Positions 46,740 to 55,545 of a stretch of DNA of 64,000 nt are shown in pieces. A program made the translations under genes and the position numbers. The DNA is from Patescibacteria group bacterium. Its GTDB lineage: Bacteria; Patescibacteriota; SICC01. Position 1 is the stretch's first letter; the number at the start of each line of letters is the position of its first letter. The stretch is taken from positions 404,763 to 468,762 of the forward strand of contig JBBDXB010000006.1 in the NCBI GenBank assembly GCA_040902515.1. Direction: 5' to 3'. The notes beneath the pieces are model-generated. The model did not search any database. It saw only the letters and a list, made by a program, of their open reading frames with translations, and was not told where the DNA came from.

Positions 46740-48813
46740 TGACATCAGGCCGCGGCGGCGGCCTGCCACGCAGTCAACTCCGGTTCGCCGGAGTGGGCCG
46801 GTTCCCGCTCCGCCCGCCCGCCCGCCCCACCGGCCGGTGCGGCATGTTCCTTCGCCGCACGTCCCGGCGCCTGAACTTCCGGTGCCGCCGCCCGATCCGG
46901 CCGCCGCTATCGTTGCCGGTCCGGTCACCGCGGACCGCTCGGCGGGACCCGCACCGTCCCGGCGCTTCGCTGCCGGATCGCTGCTCCGCACCGCTGTGGT
47001 CGTCCTGATGGTCTTCGGGCTGGCGGTCCAGGTTCGGGGGGAAGGAGCCTTCGTCCAGGAAGAGATCATGGACCAGGTCACCGTCGCCAAGGAGGCACTG
47101 GCCGCTTCCCGTAGCGCATTCGCCGCAGGGGACCTGATCGCCGCCGAGGACCAGCTCGGTATCGCGGAACATTCCCTGCATCAGGCCAACCGTTCCGTGG
47201 CCTCGCTTGGCCAGCAGGGAGGCATCTCGCTCGGGCCCGCCGCCGGCGACCGTGCGGTGGCGGCCGAACTTCTCGCGACGGGGGAGCGTTCCATCCGCAC
47301 TGTCCGCGCCTTGGTCAAGGACGTTCGTACCATTCCGGACCGCGCCGCGGAGGCGGAGGGCGGGTTCTACGCCACCGGCCAGGTGGTACTTGATGACGTG
47401 CCGGAAATCCGCGGGCACCTCGAGGCCTTGGACGGTGAACTCGGGCTGATCGCAGTGCTCGCCGAGCGTGCGAAAGGCAGCGACCGGGCGGAGCTTCGCG
47501 ATGCCGGCGAGCAGTTCGTGGCGATGGTCCCGGACGCCGACGCGTCCCTGGACCGGGCGCGGGACGTCGCCGCGGCTCTCCCGGACCTGCTCGGCGAGGA
47601 TGAGTTCCGCCGCTACCTGGTCTGGTTCCAGAATCCCGCCGAGATCCGTCCGACCGGCGGGTTCGTGGGGACGCTGGGGGTCCTGACGCTCGAGCGTGGT
47701 GCGGTGAAGGATCTTGCGGTGGATTCGATCTACGACATTGCCAATCAGGCCAACCGTTCGATCGAAGACGAACAGCCGGACCCGTTCCGCCGTTTCGCGC
47801 GTTCGGACGATCCGGCCTGGAGCCTCCAGAACGCGAACTGGTCGCCGGACTTCCCGAGCGCCGCCCGTCGTTTCCAGCGGTACTATGAGCGCGGCGGCGG
47901 CGCCACGACCGACGGCGTGGCCGCGATCACGATCACGCCGTTCGTCGAGCTGCTGGAGGTCCTCGGGCCGATCGAGATGCCGGAATACGGCTACACGTTC
48001 ACGGCGGAAAACTTCCAGACCACGATGCAGGATGACCAGCTCGAACGCTCGCAGGCCGGTGACCGCGACCCCAAGCGGATCCTCCGGGACTTCGTACCGA
48101 AGCTGCTGGCCAGCATCGGCGAGGCTGACGAAGCCACCCGCGCCAAGGCCGTGGCGATCCTGGCGGATGCCGCGCGCTCCGGCGACCTCCAGTTGTACTT
48201 TACGCGCGACCGCCACCAGGACCTGCTTGGTGAAGCGAAACTCGCCGGGCGGCTCGAGCCGGCGACCGGCCGGCTGGCGCTGGTTGATGCCAACATCGCC
48301 GGTTACAAGACCAGCCGTGACATAGCCACCGAACTAGAACGCGGCGTGACGATCGCGGAGGACGGCACGGTCTCGGAGACGCTGACTGTCATCCGCGAGC
48401 ACTCCGGCGAGTCCGACACTCGGGACAACTTGAACTACACGCGGCTCTTCCTGCCGCCGGGATCGCGGGTCACCGGCCACGACGGCTGGAACGCCGAGAC
48501 GTTGCAGGGTCAGGAACCGGTCACGTGGGAGCCGGTCGTGGGCGGCTGGACGGACGTGCCGGTCTTCGGGGAGCGCGAGTATTCGCTCAGGTATGACCGC
48601 GGCCAGCTGGCCGACCTCACCGCGGGCACGTTCTCGCTGAGCTACCGGGCCCAGCCTGGCACCGCGGTGAACGTCCGCACGGTCATCACGCTGCCCGAAG
48701 GATACGCCTGGAGCGGCCGGGAAGGGGCGACGGTCTCCGGCCGCCGCATCACCCTTACCGAGACAGCGGACACCGATCTCCTGTATGATTTGACGTTCAC
48801 CCGCACCGACTGA
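46702..48813 (+). CDS. DUF4012-family membrane protein with a Pro-rich N-terminal region.
   Basis: Pro-rich ~100 aa, then TM LLRTAVVVLMVFGLAVQV. WFQNPAEIRPTGGFVGTLGVLTL matches the DUF4012 core as remembered. Start ATG 46702 or 46726; the track start 46462 is in the upstream gene. Confidence 0.6.
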   Translation: MKRSARPSMSIRDDIRPRRRPATQSTPVRRSGPVPAPPARPPHRPVRHVPSPHVPAPELPVPPPDPAAAIVAGPVTADRSAGPAPSRRFAAGSLLRTAVVVLMVFGLAVQVRGEGAFVQEEIMDQVTVAKEALAASRSAFAAGDLIAAEDQLGIAEHSLHQANRSVASLGQQGGISLGPAAGDRAVAAELLATGERSIRTVRALVKDVRTIPDRAAEAEGGFYATGQVVLDDVPEIRGHLEALDGELGLIAVLAERAKGSDRAELRDAGEQFVAMVPDADASLDRARDVAAALPDLLGEDEFRRYLVWFQNPAEIRPTGGFVGTLGVLTLERGAVKDLAVDSIYDIANQANRSIEDEQPDPFRRFARSDDPAWSLQNANWSPDFPSAARRFQRYYERGGGATTDGVAAITITPFVELLEVLGPIEMPEYGYTFTAENFQTTMQDDQLERSQAGDRDPKRILRDFVPKLLASIGEADEATRAKAVAILADAARSGDLQLYFTRDRHQDLLGEAKLAGRLEPATGRLALVDANIAGYKTSRDIATELERGVTIAEDGTVSETLTVIREHSGESDTRDNLNYTRLFLPPGSRVTGHDGWNAETLQGQEPVTWEPVVGGWTDVPVFGEREYSLRYDRGQLADLTAGTFSLSYRAQPGTAVNVRTVITLPEGYAWSGREGATVSGRRITLTETADTDLLYDLTFTRTD

Positions 48814-49523
48814 TGTTCGAGCTCATCCATTTCATCTTCCACGACCTGCTGTACCGGCCGGTCTACAACCTGGTGATCTTCACGTACCAGACGTTACCGG
48901 GCAACGACATGGGACTGACGATCATCTATCTGGCGCTCCTGGTCCGGATCGCGCTATTGCCGGCCTCCCTGGTCGGCTCGGCGTCAGCACGGAAGATGGA
49001 GGAAGTCCGTCCGCAGCTGGAGCGGCTGCAGCGGATGCCGGAGGTGGGGCGCCGCCGTTCGCTCACCAAGCGCCTGCTCAAGCAGCACCAGATCAACATC
49101 TATGCCACCGCGATGGTGCTGGTCGCCCAGCTGGTCTTCCTGGCGATCCTGTACCAGGTGTTCCAGGCGGGATTCCAGCACGACGCCGCCGAGCTCGCAT
49201 ACTTTCCGCTCAGCGAGCCGATCGACACTACGTTCTTCGGCCTGTTCGACCTGGCGGAGCGCAACTGGTGGCTCCCGCTGGTCACCGCCGGCCTGCTGTA
49301 CCTCCTGCTCTCGCTGACCACGCCGGAGCCGGAGCCCGGCGCCAAGCTGTCCGACGTCTGGTACGTGATCGCCCTCCCGGTACTGGTCTTCGGCATCCTG
49401 CTCCTGCTGCCGGCTGCCAAGTCCCTGTTCCTGCTCACCTCGATCCTCTTCTCGATAGGGTTCTTCGCGGTCGGGAAGTACGTGTTCCGGGTCGAAACGA
49501 CGCCGGGCACCGATCCGGAGTAG
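48813..49523 (+). CDS. yidC: Short YidC/Oxa1-family membrane protein insertase.
   Basis: LPGNDMGLTIIYLALLVRIALLPASLVG...KQHQINIYATAM. 5 TM. TGATG overlap with the upstream stop. Confidence 0.7.
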   Translation: MFELIHFIFHDLLYRPVYNLVIFTYQTLPGNDMGLTIIYLALLVRIALLPASLVGSASARKMEEVRPQLERLQRMPEVGRRRSLTKRLLKQHQINIYATAMVLVAQLVFLAILYQVFQAGFQHDAAELAYFPLSEPIDTTFFGLFDLAERNWWLPLVTAGLLYLLLSLTTPEPEPGAKLSDVWYVIALPVLVFGILLLLPAAKSLFLLTSILFSIGFFAVGKYVFRVETTPGTDPE

Positions 49524-49590
49524 CTCATATAATCGCCTAACCAAGGTAAAAAGTTGCGTTATTAGGATTCGGGCGTATACTGAAACCTCG

Positions 49591-50154
49591 ATGAACAAGC
49601 TCGTCGTATCATTTCTGCTTGATGACGTCCTGCTCGGACTTTTCATCTCCGTGCCCCCGGGTCACGTGGCCTGCGTCTATGACCGCGGTCGCGGCGTACT
49701 CAAGAAGGTCTGGAAGCCGGGACTCCACCTGAAGATCCCGTTTTGGCAGAAGGCTAAGCTGTTCAACGTACAGACGCTCGAATACCAGATGAAACGGGGA
49801 TTCGACCTGTCGGACCTCGCCCTGATGGGTGACGAGGCGATCACCGGACGCACGGCCGAGGGATCCGACGTACAGCTCCAGGGCACGATCCTCTTCCGGC
49901 TCGACGAGAACGAAGTGCCGCGCGTCTGGCAGGAGATCGGCGAGGACTACGTGGAGAAGATCATCCGTCCGATCACCCGGTCGCGGATCCGTCTCGTGAT
50001 CAGCCGGCACAAGCTCGATGACATCGTGAGCAAGAAGCGGGACGCGATCGAGGACGAGATCACCCAGGAGCTGACGAAGAGCTTCAAGGAGAAGGGCATC
50101 ATCATCGAGGACGTCCTGCTGTCGCACGTGCTTAAGGCCGCGAGCCAGGTCTAG
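49591..50154 (+). CDS. SPFH/band-7 (prohibitin-like) domain protein.
   Basis: N-terminal TM, then VPPGHVACVYDRGRGV...GLHLKIPFWQKAKLFNVQTLEY. A TTGCGT-N16-TATACT promoter-like element lies at 49543-49570. Confidence 0.7.
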   Translation: MNKLVVSFLLDDVLLGLFISVPPGHVACVYDRGRGVLKKVWKPGLHLKIPFWQKAKLFNVQTLEYQMKRGFDLSDLALMGDEAITGRTAEGSDVQLQGTILFRLDENEVPRVWQEIGEDYVEKIIRPITRSRIRLVISRHKLDDIVSKKRDAIEDEITQELTKSFKEKGIIIEDVLLSHVLKAASQV

Positions 50155-50323
50155 TAGGATAGGGACATGGGCAAACTGGTCACCGAGAAGCAGGAGAGCA
50201 CAGGCACCATCGCCAAGGCAGGGGTGTTTTGGGTGATCCTGGCGGTACCGCTCTTCATCTGGCGAAAGCTCCGCAAGCGCCGCTAGGCTATTGTCGGGCA
50301 CTGCCAGGCGTGGTACAAACTGA

Positions 50324-50791
50324 TTGAACCCAAAAGACAAACATAAGGAGGAATCCATGTCAGATGACTTAAGAGACATCAGTACCCGAGGCGCAATCCT
50401 CGCGATCGCGATCGCGGTCATCGTAATGGCGGGCGTGATGACGCTCGGCATGCTCGGCGGTTACCCGGGCAAGGTGCCGGCAGATGACAAGTACCAGGCG
50501 GTCTTCCTGACCAACGGGCAGGTCTACTTCGGCAAGCTGGGACGGGTCGGCGCGCAGTACGTGACGCTGAACGACGTCTACTACATCCAGAACAACCCGC
50601 AGCAGTCGTCACCGGCCCCATCACCGGGTCCGCAGCTTTCGCTGGTGCAGCTGGGCAACGAGATCCATGGTCCGGAGCGTTCGATGCAGATCAACTCCGA
50701 CCAGATCATCTTCTGGGAAGACCTCAAGGATGACGGACGGGTCGTCGAGGCGATCAACCAGCAGCAGGATAACGAAAACGAAGACGAGTAA
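50324..50791 (+). CDS. Hypothetical membrane-anchored protein with an acidic Gln/Asn/Glu-rich C-terminus.
   Basis: TM AILAIAIAVIVMAGVMTLGML. AAGGAGGAAT RBS. No homology recognised. Confidence 0.45.
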   Translation: MNPKDKHKEESMSDDLRDISTRGAILAIAIAVIVMAGVMTLGMLGGYPGKVPADDKYQAVFLTNGQVYFGKLGRVGAQYVTLNDVYYIQNNPQQSSPAPSPGPQLSLVQLGNEIHGPERSMQINSDQIIFWEDLKDDGRVVEAINQQQDNENEDE

Positions 50792-50858
50792 CGTCTCGCG
50801 ACGATTTGAGACCGGCGCCCGAGCGGCGCCGGTTTTCTTTTCGCGGTACGCTTGAGAC

Positions 50859-51506
50859 ATGGCCGTACGGAAACTCTTCTTCGATATAGAAACGGTGCCC
50901 GCCCCGAAGGCGCTGGAGCCCAAGTTGCGCGAGCTGTATACGCTCAAGCAGCAGAAGGCCGCGGCGAATAACGGAAAGTCCCAGAGCTTCAAGGCGTTCG
51001 TGGCAAACACCAGCTTCGACGGCGCGTTCGGGCGGATCTGCTGTCTGGCGTACGCCGTGGACGACGGTCCGGTGGGGGTGCTGGCGGGCGGTGAACGGGA
51101 AGTCCTGGAAAAGTTCTGGGAGCAGGCGACGCCGGGAACGCGGTTCGTCGGCCACAACATCTTCGACTTCGACCTGCCGTTCGTCCTCAAGCGATCGCGG
51201 ATCCTCGGCGTGCGGCCGTCGGTGATGCCGAGCATGGCCCGGTACCGGAGCCACCCCGTCTACGACACCATGCACGAATGGACCGGCTGGGGCCGCCATG
51301 GCACGTCGCTGCATGCGCTTTCGGTCGCGTTCGGCCTGCCGACCTCGAAGGACGACATCGACGGCTCGCAGGTGGCCGGCTACTACGCGGACGGCCGCCT
51401 CCCGGAGATCGCGGAGTACTGCAAGAAGGACGTGGAGCTCACGCGGCAGGTCTACAAGAGGCTCACGTTCGACGACACGATTCCCGAGCCCAGCTTCGGG
51501 CGTTAA
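50859..51506 (+). CDS. PolB-like 3'-5' exonuclease (RNase H-like fold, DEDD-type).
   Basis: LFFDIETVP...ICCLAYAV...FVGHNIFDFDLPFV...YCKKDVELT. Exo I/II/III-like motifs. Confidence 0.65.
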   Translation: MAVRKLFFDIETVPAPKALEPKLRELYTLKQQKAAANNGKSQSFKAFVANTSFDGAFGRICCLAYAVDDGPVGVLAGGEREVLEKFWEQATPGTRFVGHNIFDFDLPFVLKRSRILGVRPSVMPSMARYRSHPVYDTMHEWTGWGRHGTSLHALSVAFGLPTSKDDIDGSQVAGYYADGRLPEIAEYCKKDVELTRQVYKRLTFDDTIPEPSFGR

Positions 51507-51602
51507 CGCTCGAAGGGCCGGGGCCTATTCGTTGCTTGCCCGCCGGTGCGCGGGCTATACTCGGGACGATGACACAAACACGCAGGGAAGGGGGTGATAC
51601 GC

Positions 51603-51977
51603 ATGGTTAAGACTTACGCAACCGTACTTGGTGCGGTATTCGTCCTGCTCGGCATCCTCGGCTTCATCTCGCCGCTGAATCCGGACGGGAACCTCTTCGG
51701 CATCTTCCATGTCGACGTGGCACACAACGTGGTACATCTGATTTCCGGCCTCGCGGTGCTCGGCGCCGTCCTGGCAGGCGGCGTGTACCCACGCCTCGCG
51801 GCGCAGGTGATCGGCCTGGTGTACGGCGTCATCGCCGTCCTGGGCTTCCTGGTCGGCCAAGGAGTCGTCCTGGGCTTCCTGGAGGTGAACGTGGCGGACA
51901 ACGCCCTGTACGCCGTGATCGCGCTGTCGGCGCTGTACGCGGGCTTCATGCCCGAAGCCGAGCCCGCACGGAAGTAG
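51603..51977 (+). CDS. DUF4383-family small membrane protein.
   Basis: MVKTYATVLGAVFVLLGILGFI...HVDVAHNVVHLISGL. 4 TM. A TTGCTT-N18-TATACT promoter-like element lies at 51535-51564. Confidence 0.6.
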   Translation: MVKTYATVLGAVFVLLGILGFISPLNPDGNLFGIFHVDVAHNVVHLISGLAVLGAVLAGGVYPRLAAQVIGLVYGVIAVLGFLVGQGVVLGFLEVNVADNALYAVIALSALYAGFMPEAEPARK

Positions 51978-51996
51978 GCTCTCCCGTCTTCGTAAG

Positions 51997-52023
51997 AAAA
52001 CCCCGTAAGCGTGCGGGGTTTTC
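51997..52023 (+). terminator. Rho-independent terminator AAAACCCCG-taagcgtg-CGGGGTTTT, then CACTTTCT.
   Basis: Read from the sequence. Flanked by A4 and T4, so potentially bidirectional. Confidence 0.55.
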
Positions 52024-52359
52024 ACTTTCTGTCGCCGGTGGCTGTGGATTCAAGCATCGGGAAAACTGTCAATATTGCCTGTTTTTGGCTCAATGAGGTT
52101 ATTCTTGTATTTCGCAGCGCATACTTCATCCACAGCTGGAAAAGCAGGCAACCTAAGATATGGGGAGGAGACGAGCCCGTTTTCGCGATTCGTGCCTGGA
52201 ACCCTCGTATTCAGGCGTCATCTTGAGCAACTATACCTTTGTTGTGCGAGTTTTTTGCGTTTCTTGACAGCTCCGGGACCTGTGCTAAAGTTTGCACTCG
52301 TGTGCAACAGAGCACACGTTTTTTATTAGTAATGCGTAATCACGGAGGTTACTCCATCC

Positions 52360-52845
52360 ATGAAACCCATTCGACCAAAGAAGATGCTTTCAAACGCTGG
52401 CCGCGCCGGCGCGGTGATGGCTGCCGTGGTCCTGAGCCTTGGCTCGACCGGCGCGGACGCCGTCCGGGGGGGCACGTTTATCGCGACGGCACCGTCGCTT
52501 GATCCGGACCCGATCATCTCGGATAGCGTGGACCCGATCGTCGAGCAGCGGGTCGTCAAGGTCGAGCCGACCCCGCCGCCGGCTCCGGTCGTGACCCAGC
52601 AGGTACAACGAAGCTCAGGCGGCGGCAGCTGTTCCCTGGGCGATATCAAGCGCATGGAGTCGGGCGGTGACTATCGCGCCCAGAATCCCGTCAGTACGGC
52701 CTCAGGCGCGTATCAGGTGCTGAACGGTACCTGGGGAGGTTACGGTGGCTATAGCCGCGCCGGAGACGCTCCTCCGGAGGTCCAGGACAAGTTTGCGCGG
52801 GAACTGTACGCCAAGCACGGTTCGCAGCCGTGGGTGGTCTGCTAG
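52360..52845 (+). CDS. Secreted Rpf-like transglycosylase-domain protein (resuscitation-promoting-factor family).
   Basis: Signal peptide. IKRMESGGDYRAQNPVSTASGAYQVLNGTWGGYGG...AKHGSQPWVVC matches the Rpf/transglycosylase-like core. GGAGGT RBS. Confidence 0.7.
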   Translation: MKPIRPKKMLSNAGRAGAVMAAVVLSLGSTGADAVRGGTFIATAPSLDPDPIISDSVDPIVEQRVVKVEPTPPPAPVVTQQVQRSSGGGSCSLGDIKRMESGGDYRAQNPVSTASGAYQVLNGTWGGYGGYSRAGDAPPEVQDKFARELYAKHGSQPWVVC

Positions 52846-52871
52846 GCGCTCGGAGCGTACGACAGAAACAG

Positions 52872-52900
52872 GAAAACCGCCCCGCGAGGGCGGTTTTCTG
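52872..52900 (+). terminator. Rho-independent terminator AAAACCGCCC-cgcga-GGGCGGTTTTCT.
   Basis: Perfect 7-bp GC stem plus U-tract, 27 nt after the rpf-like stop. Confidence 0.6.
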
Positions 52901-53022
52901 ATTCCCTTTCGACCTGAGCTTCCCAGGTCTCGTCAGTCGCTATGCGAGAGGGTCGGGGGCGGCAGGCAATGGAGATGTGAAATCTCGCATATACCTGCCG
53001 GAATCCCCCTATGTGTGCTTCG

Positions 53023-53505
53023 TCAGGCGGTGACCGGAACCTTCGGGCCCTCGCTGTTGAGCGTGCCCAGCACGCTGCGAATCTGTCGCAGGGTGACCTG
53101 GTGCCGTTGCAGCCGGGTGATCCGCTTCGTCAGCTTGAGGCGCTGGTCGAAGTCCTTGGTCTTCCTGAGCTCCTGCTGCGCCTCGTGGATCTTGCCGATG
53201 GTCGCGAGGAACATGCGCGGTGCCGTCACGTGGAGAGCCCAGTCAGCGACCATGTCGCTGGTGACCTTGGGACGCCCCGCCGCGAAGGCCTCCAACGCCT
53301 TCTCGAGGTCCCGGATGGTCACCATGGAGAACGTCTCGTCCTTCATGAACATGACCAAGACGGCGTTGATCGCCCCGCGGGCCGCCCCTTGCACGTAGTG
53401 GTGCGGCTGCTCCACGTACGCCGCGGCGATCGCCCCCTTCAGGGTCTGGTGCATCGTCATGTACTCTCCATGCTGCATCCTGCGCTTGTGACGGCTGGAC
53501 GCCAT
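53023..53505 (-). CDS. Hypothetical 160-aa protein with a C-terminal coiled coil.
   Basis: Perfect RBS AAGGAGGAAG 5 nt before ATG 53505. Protein-like composition. The plus-strand ORF 53011-53661 is its low-complexity antisense. A minus-strand TTGATT-N17-TATAAA promoter lies at 53655-53683. Confidence 0.55.
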   Translation of the reverse strand: MASSRHKRRMQHGEYMTMHQTLKGAIAAAYVEQPHHYVQGAARGAINAVLVMFMKDETFSMVTIRDLEKALEAFAAGRPKVTSDMVADWALHVTAPRMFLATIGKIHEAQQELRKTKDFDQRLKLTKRITRLQRHQVTLRQIRSVLGTLNSEGPKVPVTA

Positions 53506-53813
53506 ACACTTCCTCCTTGTGTCAAAGCACATCGGTTGATAGACATGACCGGTATCCGGTCTGGCACCACCATGGCAAAGCTGGTGAAGCCGGTTCCGGA
53601 TGCTGGCAGTCCGGTATCAAGGTGCAAGCTGCCGTACGCTGACGACAGGATGTATTTATAGCAGCACTAAGGTAATAAATCAATATTCCGCCGACCACGG
53701 TAGTTCGATTTCGGGTGCCTCAGGGCAGACGACAAGAACGGCTAAGGTGAGACATAAGAGGGGAATCCGTATTGCCACCAGGCACTCGCTCCTCTCTTTC
53801 ACCTTGTCTCGTG

Positions 53814-53886
53814 TGACCCCACGGGGAGTCGAACCCCGGTTTCCAGGATGAGAACCTGGTGTCCTAGGCCACTAGACGATGGGGCC
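53814..53886 (-). tRNA. tRNA-Glu, anticodon CTC, 73 nt, CCA not encoded.
   Basis: Manual cloverleaf: GGCCCCA-TC-GTC-TAGTGGCCTAG-GAC-A-CCAGG-TTCTCAT-CCTGG-AAAC-CGGGG-TTCGACT-CCCCG-TGGGGTC-A. The D-arm is typical of tRNA-Glu. Confidence 0.85.
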
Positions 53887-53960
53887 GGGCACCAATCCAT
53901 TGTACGAAGCAAACGGCGGCGAGGAAACCACCGCCGGTGCTCCTTATCCCTGAAGGCTAC

Positions 53961-54839
53961 TTACAAGTAGCTCGCCGAGATAATGATCGCAAGCAGTGCC
54001 GCGCTCGTCGCGACCTGCTTTGCCGTCACGCGCTCTTTGAGGATCATCGAGCAGGACAGGTAGAACAGGCTGGGGCCGAGCAGGAGGATCAGGATGGTGA
54101 AGTTCAGCCCGAGTTCGCGGATCGAGTAGTATTCGGCGAGGTTGGCGACCAGGTAGGCGATTCCGCCGGCGATGCCGTACCCGACCTGCTTCCGGCTCAG
54201 CTTCCGGAGGCCGAGTCGCCGCATCAGTAGCGGCGCCAACGCCAGGATTCCGACGGTCCGGATCAGCAGCAGGTAGAACGGATCGATGCGCTCCAGGCCG
54301 AACTTATAGATGCTGGCCAGGATCGCGGAGCAGACTGCCGCCAGGAACAGATAGAACACGCCGCGGTCCCACTGGAGTCTCAATCGCCGGTTCGAGTTGC
54401 CCCAGTAGAGGATGAGCGAGCCGAGGATGATCGCGGCGACGTACTTGACCTCGCGTTCGGACGGGAAGATCGCGAAGGCCAGGAAACTGGCCAGGATCGG
54501 CTTGAAGTTGTGGATCGGCTCGCGGACCGCGAGGTTCGTCATGCTGAGCCCCTTGAAGTCGAAGTAGTTCTGGCCGAAGGACACGACGATCATCAGCGCG
54601 AGGGCGGCGCCGAGGGCGAGCGAGATGTCCGGCAGCGGTGGACGGATGACCGGAAGTGAAACCAGGATGCCGGCGAGCATCGTCCCGAACAGCAGTATGA
54701 TCAGTTCGTTCGAGCCGATATTATTGCGGTTGAAGTTCAGTTTGTCGATCGTCTTGCCGGCGACTTCGCCGAGCACGGCAATGAACGGGAAAATAAAAAC
54801 CATGCATAGAGCATATAAGAAATGGCTATACAAACCCAC
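53961..54839 (-). CDS. Ten-TM DMT-superfamily (EamA-like) transporter.
   Basis: Two 5-TM halves. Family call from topology and size only. A GC hairpin 3' of the gene reads CGGCGG-N9-CCGCCG. Confidence 0.55.
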   Translation of the reverse strand: MGLYSHFLYALCMVFIFPFIAVLGEVAGKTIDKLNFNRNNIGSNELIILLFGTMLAGILVSLPVIRPPLPDISLALGAALALMIVVSFGQNYFDFKGLSMTNLAVREPIHNFKPILASFLAFAIFPSEREVKYVAAIILGSLILYWGNSNRRLRLQWDRGVFYLFLAAVCSAILASIYKFGLERIDPFYLLLIRTVGILALAPLLMRRLGLRKLSRKQVGYGIAGGIAYLVANLAEYYSIRELGLNFTILILLLGPSLFYLSCSMILKERVTAKQVATSAALLAIIISASYL

Positions 54840-54899
54840 TAGTTAGCGCGTCTTCTCACTGGAGAAGAAGCGGAACCTTATCTGGGAGTAACCGTACCG

Positions 54900-55313
54900 C
54901 TACTTGGCGGCCTTTTCGGTCCCGGCGGTCTCTTTGCCCTTCGCGGCTTTCTCCGCCTTCGCCAATCCCGCCTTGGCATCCTTGGCGATCGCCGTGAACG
55001 CCGTGGGGTCGGAGTAGGCGAGTTCCGCCAACATCTTCCGGTTCAGCTCGATGCCTGCCGCCTTCGCGCCGGCCATGAACTGGGAGTAAGACATTCCTTC
55101 CTGTCGTGCCGCCGCGTTGATCCGCTGGATCCAGAGCCGCCGGAAGTCACGCTTCTTGGTTCGCCGGTCGCGGTACGCGTGGGTCCACGCCTTCATCAGC
55201 GCTTCGCGCGCCTTCTTGATCGAATGGCGGCGGAGGCCCTGGTAGCCTTTCGTCTGGCGCAGGACCCGCTTGTGGCGGCGGTGGGCGGTCACGCCCCGCT
55301 TCACGCGTGCCAT
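54900..55313 (-). CDS. rplT: 50S ribosomal protein L20 with a Lys/Ala-rich C-terminal tail.
   Basis: MARVKRGVTAHRRHKRVLRQTKGYQG...FRRLWIQRINAAAR. Tail: KAGLAKAEKAAKGKETAGTEKAAK. Confidence 0.9.
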   Translation of the reverse strand: MARVKRGVTAHRRHKRVLRQTKGYQGLRRHSIKKAREALMKAWTHAYRDRRTKKRDFRRLWIQRINAAARQEGMSYSQFMAGAKAAGIELNRKMLAELAYSDPTAFTAIAKDAKAGLAKAEKAAKGKETAGTEKAAK

Positions 55314-55510
55314 CAGCCCTTCCCCAGCAGCTTACGGGCTCGCCGGGCGTCTGCCTTGGCGAGGTCGTCCACGCCGTGCTTGGCCCGCTTCCGTGCCACG
55401 GACTTGTGCTCGAGGTTATGCGAAACGAACGCGCGGCGGCGCTTCAACTTGCCGTCGGCAGTCGCCTTGATCCGCTTGGCGGTTCCGCGATGGGTCTTCA
55501 TTTTCGGCAT
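55313..55510 (-). CDS. rpmI: 50S ribosomal protein L35.
   Basis: MPKMKTHRGTAKRIKATADGKLKRRRAFVSHN. Start at the second ATG of the track ORF. Confidence 0.85.
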   Translation of the reverse strand: MPKMKTHRGTAKRIKATADGKLKRRRAFVSHNLEHKSVARKRAKHGVDDLAKADARRARKLLGKG

Positions 55511-55545
55511 ACGGAGCACAGTTTACAGGATTCTATGATGCCGAG

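Noticed and set aside
52024-52359. Specific call of a ydaO (c-di-AMP) riboswitch, tmRNA or 6S RNA
   Set aside because: Conserved ydaO blocks (for example GGGGUGAAUC) and tmRNA tRNA-like ends were not recognisable by eye. The region is reported only as a structured-leader candidate.
52011-52502. Small plus-strand ORFs (52011-52226, 52075-52329, 52239-52502) in the low-GC region
   Set aside because: They overlap one another in a non-coding-looking AT-rich leader and have implausible compositions. The region is better explained as regulatory RNA.
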